A DNA stretch of 64,000 nt, from positions 16,244,001 to 16,308,000 of the forward strand of contig NC_043018.1 in NCBI RefSeq assembly GCF_006345805.1. The letters run 5' to 3'. This stretch comes from Octopus sinensis. Taxonomy: Eukaryota. The first letter of the stretch is position 1. Each line of letters starts with the position of its first letter. Below, in pieces: positions 27,290 to 40,434 of the stretch. Both the position numbers and the translations under genes were made by a program. The notes beneath the pieces were generated by a model. That model was given only the letters and a program-made list of their open reading frames with translations. It searched no databases and was not told the origin of the DNA.

Positions 27290-29639
27290 CATATAGTGAC
27301 TTATACTTTGATATACACTGAAAATGGCAGAGTGATATACTGATGGTTATCTACATCAATGGACGATGATGTTTATATTGATGTATCGAACTGATACGTG
27401 CCTCAACTGCTTATTGTTTTATATCGATCTTTCACGCTGATACATGTTGAATCCTGTCAATAGGAAATCGATTCCATAAAACCTCATCTTGTATTTTATC
27501 GGCTCCACAAGGACGAAACACACATTTAAGTTCAGTATGATTTGAACTCAGAAATTAAACGATTAAGATTGATAAATGGAGGATATTTAATGCGACGCTC
27601 TACTGCTTCTCCAATACTAACCAACACCAGTCGAAAAGCAGATATTGATTCGTATTAATTTTGCATAAAAAAGGCTGGCGGGTTTGCAGAATCGTCAGAG
27701 CGTCAGGTGTATTGGTTTGTGGTATTTGCACTGATTTTATAGTTCGCGGTCAAATCCAGTCCAAGTCATCGTTGAAATTCTGCCGAGGTCGACATTGCCT
27801 TTCATCCTTTCTGGGTCGATAAATTAAGTACCTGTTACGCACTGGGGTCGATGTAATCGACTTAATCCGTTTGTCTGTCCTTGTTTGTCCTCTCTCTGTT
27901 TAGCCCCTTGTGGTAGTAAAGAAATAGATATTTGATCTGTCTATACTTTCTGAGTTCAAATTCCGCCAAGGTTGACTTTGCCTTTCATCCTTTCGGGGTC
28001 GATAAATTAAGTACTAGCTGCGTACTGGGGTTGATATAATCGACTGGCCACCTCCCCCAAAACTTCGGGCCTTGTGCCTAGAAAAGAAATGAATATCTGC
28101 GCATAACTAAACACACCCGAAAACACTACACCACCCCATACTCCTCCCGCTACGCATGGCAGCCAATCTATACCTGTATACACCGCCCATCTCCTCTCCA
28201 CCGAACTTCTCTAAAGAACCGCATTTTCCTTGACCCTTAAATTTTTCCAAACGTCTTTTCTCATTTTATTTTTTACTGGTGAATGATTAGCGCCCGAATC
28301 GTTAATCCTGTACACCTTGTTTTTGAGCGATAAAGTAATACAGCATTTATTAAAACTTGTCCCTCTCCTTTTTCTTCTTGTGTTCCTTGCCTAAATACAT
28401 TGCATGAACCAAGTGGTGCTTGGAAGCGACTTTTGACGCGTGTGTACATGCCTTGATACCAAGTGATCTAGTACACATGATTAAGGGATAAAAAGTCTCC
28501 GAGCTCCAAGGTTAAACTGAAGGGCAATAAAGACTAGTTGAGTAAACAGTAAACAAACCAGAAGTTAATGGGAAATCACTGCTGTAATTTATCCAAGAAA
28601 AAACCACGACTTTCCAGGACTTTGTTATGGAAGCTCATGATGTCTCTTGGCAAGGAACAAGAACATAGAGAGACAGATAGATAGAGAGATAGAGGAAGAT
28701 TGGGAGGAGAGAAACAGGGTGGCGTTTTGCATGACCCAAATATCATAGACAGTGGGAAAAGCCAGCAATTATAAATAGCTTTAGCTATTTAAATAATGTT
28801 ATATAAATAGTTTTGCCTCGTTTATCTATATTGTTATATAAACGGTTTTAACTTGCATTTACATAGTTGTAGCTTGTCAATTTATTTTGTATATTCTTGT
28901 TTTCTTGATGAGAGAATTAACAAGCTGTGATTAGATTAAGTTAAAAAGCTCAAAATTGCATTTCACAGATGTTCCTGTTTCGCCTTTCTTGCTTGTGTTC
29001 AACGAAACCAGTTAATAAACCATAAAAGGGAAATGTGGTGGGGAATGAAACAAGCAAAGGAATTTTTCCCGTTCGTTCTCTATAGGCATTGGCTGCGCAG
29101 CTTTTTCAAAGTAGATGGGGAATATGAGAGATGATATTAATGTCTAATTAGGGCTGAACTAAATGAGGAAGCTAATTGTCGCTTCGCGTTATACGGTTTT
29201 AATCTGGTATGACCTGTATTAAACAATTATTGTATTTGAGAGAGATAGTGAGATAGAGAGAGAGAGAGGGGGGAAGGAAGGTGAAAAGAGAGGGGTGGGG
29301 AAGAGAGGGAATGCGGAAGGCAGCTGGGATTGGAAATAGAGAGGGGATGGGGAAGAGAAGGGGTGGGAAAGAGAGAGGGGAGAGGAAGAGAGAGTGGAGA
29401 TAGAGAGGGGGAGGTGGTGAGAGAGGAGATGAGGAGAGGGTAGAGAGAGGGAAGAGAGAGGGAAGAGAGAGGGAGACAGAAACAGAGAGATGGGGACAGA
29501 GACAGAGAAAGAGTGACAAACACTGAGAGAAAGAGAGAGAAACATAGAGAAGGAAGGAGAGAAAAGAATGCAATGTCCAAAAGAGAAAGATAAAGAGGTT
29601 CAAAATAATGCGAAATAGTGACGACATATACAAGGAGAT

Positions 29640-29683
29640 AGACAGCTAGATAGAGAGATACATAGATAGATAGACAGGTACAG

Positions 29684-29744
<61 letters not shown>

Positions 29745-29745
29745 C

Positions 29746-29783
<38 letters not shown>

Positions 29784-29997
29784 GGATAGATAGATGGACA
29801 GATAGATAGATAGATAGATAGACAAATATATAGACTGATAGGTTGATAGATAGATAGAATAGATAGATAGATAGATAGATAGACAAATATATAGACTGAT
29901 AGGTATAGAGATAGATAGATAGATAGATAGATAAATAGATAAATAGATAGATAGATAGACAGATAGATAGATAGACAAATATATAGACTGATAGGTT

Positions 29998-30031
<34 letters not shown>

Positions 30032-30065
30032 AGATAGATAGATAGACTGATAGGTATAGAGATAG

Positions 30066-30096
<31 letters not shown>

Positions 30097-30240
30097 GATA
30101 GACAGATAGATAGATAGATAGATAGATAGATTGATAGATAGATAGATAGATAGATAGACTGATAGGTAGATAGATAGATAGGTGGTTGGATAGATAGATA
30201 GATAGACTGATAGGTAGAAGGATAGACAGATAGATGGATG
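29640..30240. repeat. (GATA)n array with higher-order units
   Basis: Recurrent gacaaatatatagactgatagg at ~29821, 29882 and 29974, and gactgatagg again at ~30045, 30157 and 30205. Confidence 0.9.
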
Positions 30241-30373
30241 GATAAACAATCAGAAATAATGGAACCGGTTGAAACTAAAACAAAAATAACGAGCAATCAT
30301 ATTGATAGCTTCAAATTTGCAAATGTCCTCTGGCAGAATAACCTTTTCGCCGGATCTCAGGCGAATAATAATA

Positions 30374-30429
<56 letters not shown>

Positions 30430-31055
30430 TAATAATAATAATGGAATCACCATCACAGGTTGCACGCAAGGTTTTCATAACGCTGGAAGTCGTCAGTAAA
30501 GAACAAACTAGATTTTTCCAAAATATAACCAAACATTTGCATTGAACAGGTAACCTATATTTTCCAGTTTCGCGCAGTCGTTGTCGGCGCTGTTGTTGTT
30601 GTTGAAGTTGATGTTATAACAGCCTAATATCAGATACACAATATTATCAATAACTGTGCTAAATAATATCTCGTGATGTTTCACAAAAACTACGATGGGA
30701 ATTGGCGATTTCTCTTAGGGATATTAAGAATAGAGGGAACATCTACAGAATTCCAACGTGATTATCAGAGGAAAATGTAGGGAAAAAGAAGAAAAAAAAT
30801 CAAACAAAAAACAAAACAAAACAAAACAAAACAACAAACAACTGATTATAAAATCGTCACTTGTTTACATAAATAGGTATTTATCTCTAAATTTATAGCA
30901 AACTACTGTAGGAAAACTTTTCGACTCAATTATCCTCTCCTACAAAATAATAGCTAAAGCTGCAATTGGCATTATTTCCATGTCTGCCTGTCGTATATAT
31001 ATATATATTTATATACACACACGTACATACACTAAATGCAGACATATATATATAT

Positions 31056-31099
<44 letters not shown>

Positions 31100-31139
31100 A
31101 TATATAATATATATATATACATATATATACATATATATA

Positions 31140-31171
<32 letters not shown>

Positions 31172-31209
31172 GCACATATATATACATATATATACATATA
31201 TATATATAC

Positions 31210-31241
<32 letters not shown>

Positions 31242-31732
31242 TATATATATATGCACATATATATACATATATATGTAAACATCTATATATATATATATAT
31301 ATGTATATACATATACATATATATATATATACATATATAATATATAAAGTATATATTTATATGATATAAATATATATATATATATGTATGTATATGTGTG
31401 CGTGTGCTCACATATACATACAGACGCTTACATATAATATGTACATATAAATGCAATATACATGCATATAAGTACAGTGTGAATATTATGCATGTATGTA
31501 TGTGTGTGCACATGCTTGTTTCTTACGAATATTAAACATAAACACGTTTATATATATATATATATATATAAATTGTTTATACATTCACATATACATGCAT
31601 ATAAATATATATTCGACACTTACAAATTGCATACATCTACTCACGCACATGCATACAATTACAGACACACGCACAGAGTTATTTATCGAATGCTTGTAGT
31701 TTGAGCATAATTGTAGAAGTATATAGACTTAC

Positions 31733-31811
31733 TTGTATAGAATTATAAATATTACGATTGTTAATACAGATACACCGCCAAAAACGCTGAGAATAATTAC
31801 CGCTGTATCAT
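31733..31811 (-). CDS. Receptor guanylyl cyclase transmembrane exon: (D)DTAVIILSVFGGVSVLTIVIFIILY(K)
   Basis: Not in the ORF track; found by reading the minus strand. (CT)n polypyrimidine tract plus catctag|AT acceptor, donor AA|gtaagt, 79 nt (phase 1 to 2). This exactly bridges the phases of the flanking exons and encodes a single hydrophobic helix. Confidence 0.9.
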
Positions 31812-31877
31812 CTAGATGAAAGAGAAAGAGAGAGGAGAGAGAGAGAGAGAGAGAGAGGGCATAGAATTAGAGAGTGT

Positions 31878-32003
31878 GATAATAAAATAATAATAATAAT
31901 AATAATAATATAATAATAATAATGAGATTTATAATAATGATAATAACAATAATAATAATAATAATAATAATATAATAATAATAATAATAATAATAATGAG
32001 ATT

Positions 32004-32039
<36 letters not shown>

Positions 32040-32189
32040 TAATAATAATGAGATTAATATAATAATAATAACAATAATAATAATAATAATAATAATAATG
32101 AGATTTATAATAATAATAATAATAATATCAATAATAATAATAATAATAATAACAATAATAATAATGAGATTAATAATAATAATAATAAC

Positions 32190-32247
<58 letters not shown>

Positions 32248-32251
32248 TTAA

Positions 32252-32303
<52 letters not shown>

Positions 32304-32439
32304 ATTAATAATAATAATAATAACAATAATAATAATAATAATAATAATAATGAGATTTTAATAATATATAATAATAATAATATCAATAATATAATAATAA
32401 TAATAATAATAATAATGAGATTATAATAATAATAATAAC

Positions 32440-32493
<54 letters not shown>

Positions 32494-32566
32494 ATTAATA
32501 ATAATAATAATAACAATAATAATAATGAGATTAATAATAATAATAACAACAACAACAATAATAATA

Positions 32567-32598
<32 letters not shown>

Positions 32599-32600
32599 TA
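31878..32600. repeat. (AAT)n array with periodic ATGAGATT interruptions
   Basis: Ten ATGAGATT motifs at ~31922, 31996, 32048, 32098, 32164, 32299, 32350, 32415, 32489 and 32525. Confidence 0.9.
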
Positions 32601-32999
32601 CCAATAATAATAGCAATAACTATGATGGTGAGGATGATGGTAACAACAATAAGAAATATAACAACAATATTAACAATAATAAAGATAAAAATAAAAAAAA
32701 ACATTAACAATTGTAATGAAATTAATAGAAAATATTAACAACAACAACAGCAATGACATCAACAACAACATTAACAATGATTTCAAAATTTGGCACAAAG
32801 CCTGAAGTTTGGTAGGTGTGGGGGGAGTAAGTCGATTAATTCGACCCCAATGTGCAGCTGGTACTTATTTTATCGATCTCGAAGGTGAAGTGTAAAGTCG
32901 ACCTCGGCGACATTTCATCTCTGAACGTAAAGTCGAACGAATCACCGCTAAGCAGTTTGCGCGTTTATGCTAATGGCTCTACCCGCTCAATAATAATAG

Positions 33000-33337
33000 G
33001 GAAGCACTCCGTCGGTTACGACGATGAGGGTTCCGGTTGGTCCGAGTCAACGGAACAGCCTGCTCGTGAAATTAACGTGTAAGTGGCTGAGCACTCCACA
33101 GACACGTGCACCCTTAACGTAGTTCTCGGGGATATTCAGCGTGACACAGAGAGTGACAAGGCCGGCCCCTTGAAATACAGGTACAACAGAAACAGGAAAT
33201 AAGAGTGAAAGTCGTGTTGAAAGAGTACAGCAGGGATCACCACCACCCCCTGCCGGAGCCTCGTGGAGCTTTTAGGTGTTTTCGCTCAATAAACACTCAC
33301 AACGCCCTAACCAACCACTGGGCCATTGCGCCTCCAC
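33000..33337 (-). mobile_element. SINE family C
   Basis: High identity to 13831-14216; its head abuts the TAA array at 33340. Confidence 0.85.
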
Positions 33338-33339
33338 TC

Positions 33340-33430
<91 letters not shown>

Positions 33431-33449
33431 TTAATAATAATAATAATAA

Positions 33450-33584
33450 CACCATGTCGCACACATATGGTTGTGATGCATGTGTCTGGTGTACCCTTAT
33501 CAGACGGGTAGTCATGATGGGTATGCTGGGCTTCGTACATTTTACCCCAGTGTCATTTTGATGGCATGCACTGCTCTCTCACTC
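33450..33584 (+). mobile_element. Short non-coding element embedded in (TAA)n (apparent 5'-truncated copy of the element at 33628-34103)
   Basis: About 95 bp (33454-33548) match 34009-34103 at roughly 85% by eye. (AAT)n directly abuts both ends; it ends ctctctcactc-aataat. Confidence 0.65.
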
Positions 33585-33627
<43 letters not shown>

Positions 33628-33630
<3 letters not shown>

Positions 33631-34103
33631 CAATACCAGGAAGTGGCTCTCAGGGCTTTTGATCTTAACTGACAGGAAGTGTTACTATATAAAAAATGGT
33701 CTACAGCAAATATTCTGTTCAATACCAGAGATTTGCTTGTCACTTGTTGAGCATGTCCCTTAGTGGCTGACGATATGTGCATCTCTGATCACGAGCAGAA
33801 GTAGTGGAGGCGCATCATAGTGACGTGTTGAAAGGAATTCTGTGGGGTTTGGATAATTCACATTTGGAACCATGGGTGTTTCGTTCAACATCCCCAAGCA
33901 ACCTTCATTCAGGGAACTTTTGAACTGGATGGTCTAATCGACCCGAAGAAAACTCTAACTGAGCCACGCCTGCAAAGTCATCCGCTGTTAATGTTGATAG
34001 GAGATCAGCATGTCGTGCACATATGGTGGTGAAGCATGTGCCTGGTGTACCCTTATCAAACGGGTAGTCATGATGGGTATACCGAGCTTCATACACTTGT
34101 ACC
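33628..34103 (+). mobile_element. Longer copy of the same non-coding TAA-embedded element; 3' end replaced by a Dong fragment
   Basis: Begins directly after (AAT)n, has no ORF or tRNA-like head that I can see, and shares its distal ~95 bp with 33450-33584. Confidence 0.55.
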
Positions 34104-34265
34104 TCAACATACAGAAAATAGTACTACTAGGCACCGCACGCAACCTACGCAAAACACTTTTAATACAGTGAAAATAAGGACATCACAACAAACTATAGCA
34201 CATGCGGAAGGCCCAGAGACCTGCGCTCGATAGTACAGCGAAAGCACGTAATAACAATAGGACGA

Positions 34266-34268
<3 letters not shown>
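34104..34268 (+). mobile_element. 3' end of a second R4/Dong subfamily (last codons + 3'UTR)
   Basis: Translates NIQKIVLLGTARNLRKTLLIQ* (TGA 34169-34171), homologous to the C-terminus of the large Dong copy. It has a different ~100-bp 3'UTR ending gactgaa-(taa)n. Confidence 0.8.
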
Positions 34269-34330
<62 letters not shown>

Positions 34331-34363
34331 TAATAATAATAATGATAATAATAATAATAATAA

Positions 34364-36357
34364 CGTGGATCCTACGGCTGTAAAGACCAACTACTCATCA
34401 ATAAGATGATCTTAGAAGATTGTCACAAACGACACAAAAACTTATCAATAGCTGGATAGACTATAAAAAGGCTTTTGATAGCCTACCACATAGCTGGATT
34501 AGGAAATGCCTTGAAATGTATAAGATAGCACCAACTCTGCGAAACTTCTTGACTGTAAGTATGAGATCATGGAGAACCACACTAACTCTGAACAGTGACA
34601 GTGAATCCCTAAATGCTGGTGATGTAAAAATTTCGTGTGGCATTTTCCAGGGTGACTCACTGTCACCACTCCTCTTTTGTTTATCCTTAATACCTCTCTC
34701 AAAGCTGCTCAATGATGCGCAGTACGGGTATAAAATGTTTGATAAAAATATAAATCATCTCGTTTACATGGATGATTTAAAGCTTTTTGCAAAAAATGAT
34801 CAACAACTCAAGGGCTTACTAGCGATAGTCAAACAATTCAGTGACGACATCAGAATGCAATTCGGCCTCGATAAATGTGCAAAGGCTACCTTTATCAAAG
34901 GAAAAATGACAGAAACATCTAACGTTAACCTTGACCAACAGAATGTCATAAAAGAACTAGACCCAGCGGAGAGCTACAAGTACCTAGGGATAATTGAAGG
35001 GAACGGAATAAGGCATTCAGAGATGAAGGAAAGGATCAGGAGAGAATGCTATCGAAGAGTGAGAGCAATACTCAAGACAGAGCTGAATGCAAGAAACAGG
35101 ATCGAAGCAATCAATGCATTAGCTATACCAGTCGTGACTTACAGTTTCAATATTGTTAACTGGTCAATTACTGAAATATGTCAGCTTGACAGAAAAATAA
35201 GGAAACTGTTGACAATGCATAGAATGCACCACCCTAAGGCAGATACAGAACGACTCTATCTGCCAAGAAAAGAGGGAGGCCGTGGTCTTTTGCAACTGGC
35301 AATAACAATGAAGATTGCTACAATTGGCCTAGACACCTACCTGAAAAACTCTGAGGACTGGATGCTAAAACTTGTCTCAAAACATGAAAACAAGAAAGCA
35401 TCATACTCAGTCACAAAACAGGCAAAGGAATATCTAAGTGAATTCCGAATACAACCAATTTCGGAATTAGAGATAGATATACAAGAAACAAGCACAGAAA
35501 AAGCTAGGCGCATGAAAACCCGTGCCAAAACTGCGGCCTTAGATATTCTGAATAATAAATGGCAAGAAAAACCTCTCTATGGCAAATACCCAAAGAGAGC
35601 GAATAATGCAGATATCGACAAAGCCCTGACCCATCAATGGCTAATGGCCTCTGGCTTAAAATCTGAAACAGAGGGGTTTATCATAGCAGCTCAAGATCAA
35701 TGCCTACCAACAAGAAACTACCAGGCCAACATATTAAAGATCAGAAGCAGTCCAACGTGTCGTGTATGCAAGCAACAAAATGAAACCATTGACCATGTGG
35801 TCTCCAAGTGCAGTCTTCTAGCGCCTACAGAGTATCTCAACAGGCACGATAGAGCTGCACAATATATTCACTGGGTAATCTGTAAAAACCTGGATTTGCC
35901 CCATGAAAAAAACTGGTGGGAACACAAACCACCCCCAGTGCTTGAAAATGACCACATCTCACTCCTCTGGAACTTCACCATTCAAACTGACAGGAAGATT
36001 GATGCAAATAGGCCAGACATCATATTGAAAAACTTCAAACAAAGAACATGCCTCCTCATTGATATGACTGTCCCAATCGATATAAACGTATCTGTCAAGA
36101 CCTACCAAAAACTGAGCAAATATAAAGATCTTGAAATAGAAATCAGCAAAATGTGGAAGCTGAAGACTAAAACAATACCTGTTGTCATAGGTGCCCTGGG
36201 AATGATAGCAAAAGGGGCTGATAGCTACCTAACTCAGATACCAGGAACCCAAAAATGGCAGAAGTTCAAAAGATAGTGCTCATGGGAACTGCTCATATCC
36301 TACGCAAAATACTCTCTATGTAATCTCAAGGTTTAAAACAAACATAATTTTCGGTTT

Positions 36358-36388
<31 letters not shown>

Positions 36389-36545
36389 TTTTTTAGACAT
36401 TCATTAGTAAAACATCCCCACCCCCCAAATATATGGCACACTAGGCATAACAACAACATGAACTTCCAACCCTGTTGTCTCTTGAGGTCTCTGGGTGAGA
36501 CTTGGAGCCAACTTGTACAAATATAAAGCAAAAGTCAAACATAGA
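34364..36545 (+). mobile_element. R4/Dong-clade non-LTR retrotransposon (RT + CCHC + restriction-like endonuclease), 5'-truncated, flanked by (TAA)n
   Basis: RT motifs WIDYKKAFDS, GIFQGDSLSPLLF, YMDD and YKYLG. Zinc knuckle CRVCKQQNETIDHVVSKC, then RHD, and PD-(D/E)xK nuclease RPDII..IDMTVP..KLSKY. Starts mid-RT (RGSYGCKDQLL) directly after (TAA)n. Two apparent 1-bp deletions (~34450, ~36246); the restored C-terminus is ..EVQKIVLMGTAHILRKILSM* (TAA at 36321-36323). A ~220-bp 3'UTR runs into (AAT)n. Confidence 0.92.
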
Positions 36546-36941
36546 ATAATAATAATAATAATAATAATAACAATAATGATGATGATGATGATGATAATGA
36601 TGGTGGTGGTGGTGATAATGATGATGATAATAACAATACAGTAAAATATGTGCATTAATTCATTTTTAGGAGTAACGGTGTACTCTTAATCTCCTCTATA
36701 AAGTTAGAGATAATGAGGTCTAATTCGTTGTTTGCGAAGTGAGAGACGTATCATTTGTCTTTATACGTTGACTGCAGATAATCACAGCGAATAACTAGTT
36801 TTTACGCTCATATTTCAATCTATAATAATGGACACGTGATAATTACAATAAATCAATGAAAAAAAGGTAGTTGCTTTTTTTTTATATAAAAAAGACTGAA
36901 TGCATCTATGTGTGTGCATGTGTGTCCTGGTGTTGGCATGT

Positions 36942-36976
<35 letters not shown>

Positions 36977-37184
36977 AAATTAATCCAAACAAGAAAACAC
37001 AAAAAAACACACAACAACGCGAGGACGTGGAACAAATAAAGTATTATTGGACACCCAGGAAAGAAGGGAAGAAGGAGAGCTTAACATTTCGAGCGGAGCT
37101 CTTCGTCGGAAACATAGGAGAAGGAAAGATCCCGAGAAGGGAAGACAGAGGAAAAAAATCGCTGGCGGTACTTACGAGGTCATA

Positions 37185-37231
<47 letters not shown>

Positions 37232-37264
37232 GTATATATATATATTATATATATATATATATAT

Positions 37265-37328
<64 letters not shown>

Positions 37329-38789
37329 GTATGTATATATCTATTCTTCACTTCAGATTTATTCATGTCCATATTGCATGTACTTTGTCTGGAAATCTTT
37401 CATCGCACATTCTGTGACCTCTTCAGCGACCCTCCATCCCACATGTCTACTCCTGGTGCGAACAAGAGAGTCGGCGAAGAGGTCACTGGTTGAGTGACGA
37501 AAGATTTACAGACAAAGGACATAAAATAGAAACAAGAATAAAGTAAATCTGAAGTTAAGAACGAAAATAAAAAAAATGACCATTATATATATATATATAT
37601 ATATAATATATATATATACGTTTATAGTAGAAATATGTTACGAAAAGAAAATATAAAATACACGTGGAAACGTAAGGGTAAAATATGAAAAATCAACGAA
37701 AATGCATATTGCAAATAGAAAAAAGGCTATTTATGACAGGTAGCGACAAATATATACATTTAGATTGACTGGGGTAGTAATACGAGTCATAAAGGTCATT
37801 ATTATGAGATGACTATAAGATGATAATAAAGTAAGAGAACAAAACGAACCAATGGTTTACGCGAAGCTATTCATCGTTTGAGCAACACCGGTTAATACAC
37901 GGTGTCAGGTCTTATACTTCCTGAGAAAAAACATATGAAGTAAAAGCAGGCCTACTATAATCAATATTGTTAAATAGGCGCAGGAGTGGCTGTAGTTCTG
38001 AGTTCAGTCTCACTACGTAGCACCTTGGGCAAGTGTCTTCAACTGTAGCCTCGGGCCGACCAAAGCTTTGTGAGTGAATCTGGTAGACGGAAACTGAAAG
38101 AAGCCTGTCATATTTCCCTCTAAGATTCACGCACTTATTGTAGCTATCCTTCAGTTCTTTTAAGCCCTGCAAAAGAACTCGGAAGGCTGGGCCTCCAGCC
38201 AGGCCTTTCTCGGCACTCTTAAAAGCAAGAACCTTTTAGCAACCCCACTTAGTTTTTGGTCCACAGCATACAGTGTTTTGTTTCGTAAGACTACGTGAAA
38301 ATTTTGTTTGAGCTCCTTACATAGTTAATCTTTTTCAACATTGTCTTCTGAAATACAATTTTAATATTACGGAAATTAATATTCACAATAAGGTCGAAAA
38401 AGTCCCTTTCAAAAGATTCTAAATCTGTATTTGGCGGTGGTGGTTGTGGTGGGGGACGGGGTTTCTGGACTTCAAGCCGAACTTATTGTTAGTGTTATAT
38501 CATTATTTCTTTCTTCCCAAAGAAGTATGTTCGCCATCACATTTTGCTAACAAAATATGATATTTCTATAAGATTTCTTAAGGTACTGCTTATTCAATGG
38601 AATTGGGATTCTCTTCATAGAAAAATGTGGCGGCTGTAATTCCATTTTCCCATTGTTACTTCTTCCTCTTGTGGAAGTGAAGAGTCGTTCAAAAATAAAA
38701 AAGGAGGGATTTACACACCAGTAAGCAATTGGATGCAAAACAAGGTAGCCAAAAAATAGTACTCGAATACTAAAGATAGAGTAACGTTC

Positions 38790-39250
38790 TATTTATTAAA
38801 GCACCCTTCGTGGAGTATCCGGAATTATCGGGACTGATTCCTTTTGTAGAGCAACTGTTGTCAACTATGGGAAGAGTAGAGCTATCGGCTGAGTCTATTA
38901 GCAAGATTGTGCCACCTCCTTCCCTTAACAGGGAAAAGAAGGCTTGTTTATTCTGCGTGGTAGCCATACTGAAAGAAACAGTATGGAAGACGCGTGTAAG
39001 AGGTATAGTGACAGGTACCTTCCTCTCCGGCAGGGGTTGGTTCACTTCTTTAGTTACCATCTCGATAGCAGGATATGTTCGCGAAAAGGTGGAAGCAAGT
39101 AGTGAACAAGCTGCGAGTGACTGGAACCAGGTAAATGGGGCCGGAAGGAAAACTAAGGGTTCGAACCTGGCTGTTGGATGCCTTTCCTTTGCAACGATCA
39201 TCAAGCTCATATTGAAATTTGTAAAAGGAAAAAGAACAAATAGATACAAT
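38790..39250 (+). mobile_element. Older, diverged Tx1/L1-like ORF2 C-terminal fragment
   Basis: EKKACLFCVVAILKETVWKTRVRGIVTGTFLSGRG/VHFFSYHL aligns with [43 protein letters not shown] of copy 2. No TCTA flanks. Confidence 0.6.
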
Positions 39251-40167
39251 TTTTAACAGCCTGACATTTATATTTTATCATTCGGAACTGTTTCATTCGT
39301 AATAAGCAACTTCTTCACCCTCTATGTTTGTCTGTCCTTGTTTGTCCCATCTGTGTACGGCTTCCATAGCGAATTTATGAAATAATCAAGCTTGCTTCTC
39401 AACCACATGGTTCCGGGTTCAGTTCCACTACGTAACACCTTGGGCAAGTGTCTTCTACTATAACCTGAGGCCGACCAAAGCCTTGTGCGTCTGTGTTTGT
39501 AGTCCCGCCATTGCTTGACTACCGATGTTGGTGTGTTTATATCCCCGTTACTTAGCGGTTCAGCAAACAGAATACCGAAAGCCTATACCCTGTGGTCGAT
39601 CTGTTCGACTAAATGCGATGCTCCACCATGGCCGAAGTCAGATGATTGAAACAAGTAATAGAATAATATTATATATACTCGCAAGCTTATTATTCAGTAA
39701 TAACGCAGTTGACTGAAGAACGGTTTCGTGAAACTCTGACTAAAAGTTTTTGAAGAACTGTTCCATCTTTAATATGTGTGTGCGTGCTTTGTGTGTATCT
39801 ATGCGTGTATGTGTTTGCGTGTATCAGTGAATATATGTATATAAAGAGTGCCGTTTGTGTAGTGTCTATTTAGTTGCATAGGCAGTCGCCTATTGATACT
39901 TACACATGTCTACAGAAGGTTTACACATCACGACACTGATAAATGTCATTAATTTCACTTACGTTGGTTTCTCTGATCAAACAAAAGGTTATTAGTTGCA
40001 ACTGTGTTTATTAGAAGAGGGAGACAAATCATGCAACATTTTAGTTCATTCAACCTATTATGCATAGTTCCGACCGATATCTGTTTGCATGCAGTGTATA
40101 CATTTCTGTGCATATACATATACATATATATATATATACATACATATATATATATACATACATATAC

Positions 40168-40271
<104 letters not shown>

Positions 40272-40345
40272 ATATATGTATATATGAAGAGTATATATAT
40301 ATCTTTATATATATGTGTAAATATATGAGTATATATAAGAATATA

Positions 40346-40434
<89 letters not shown>

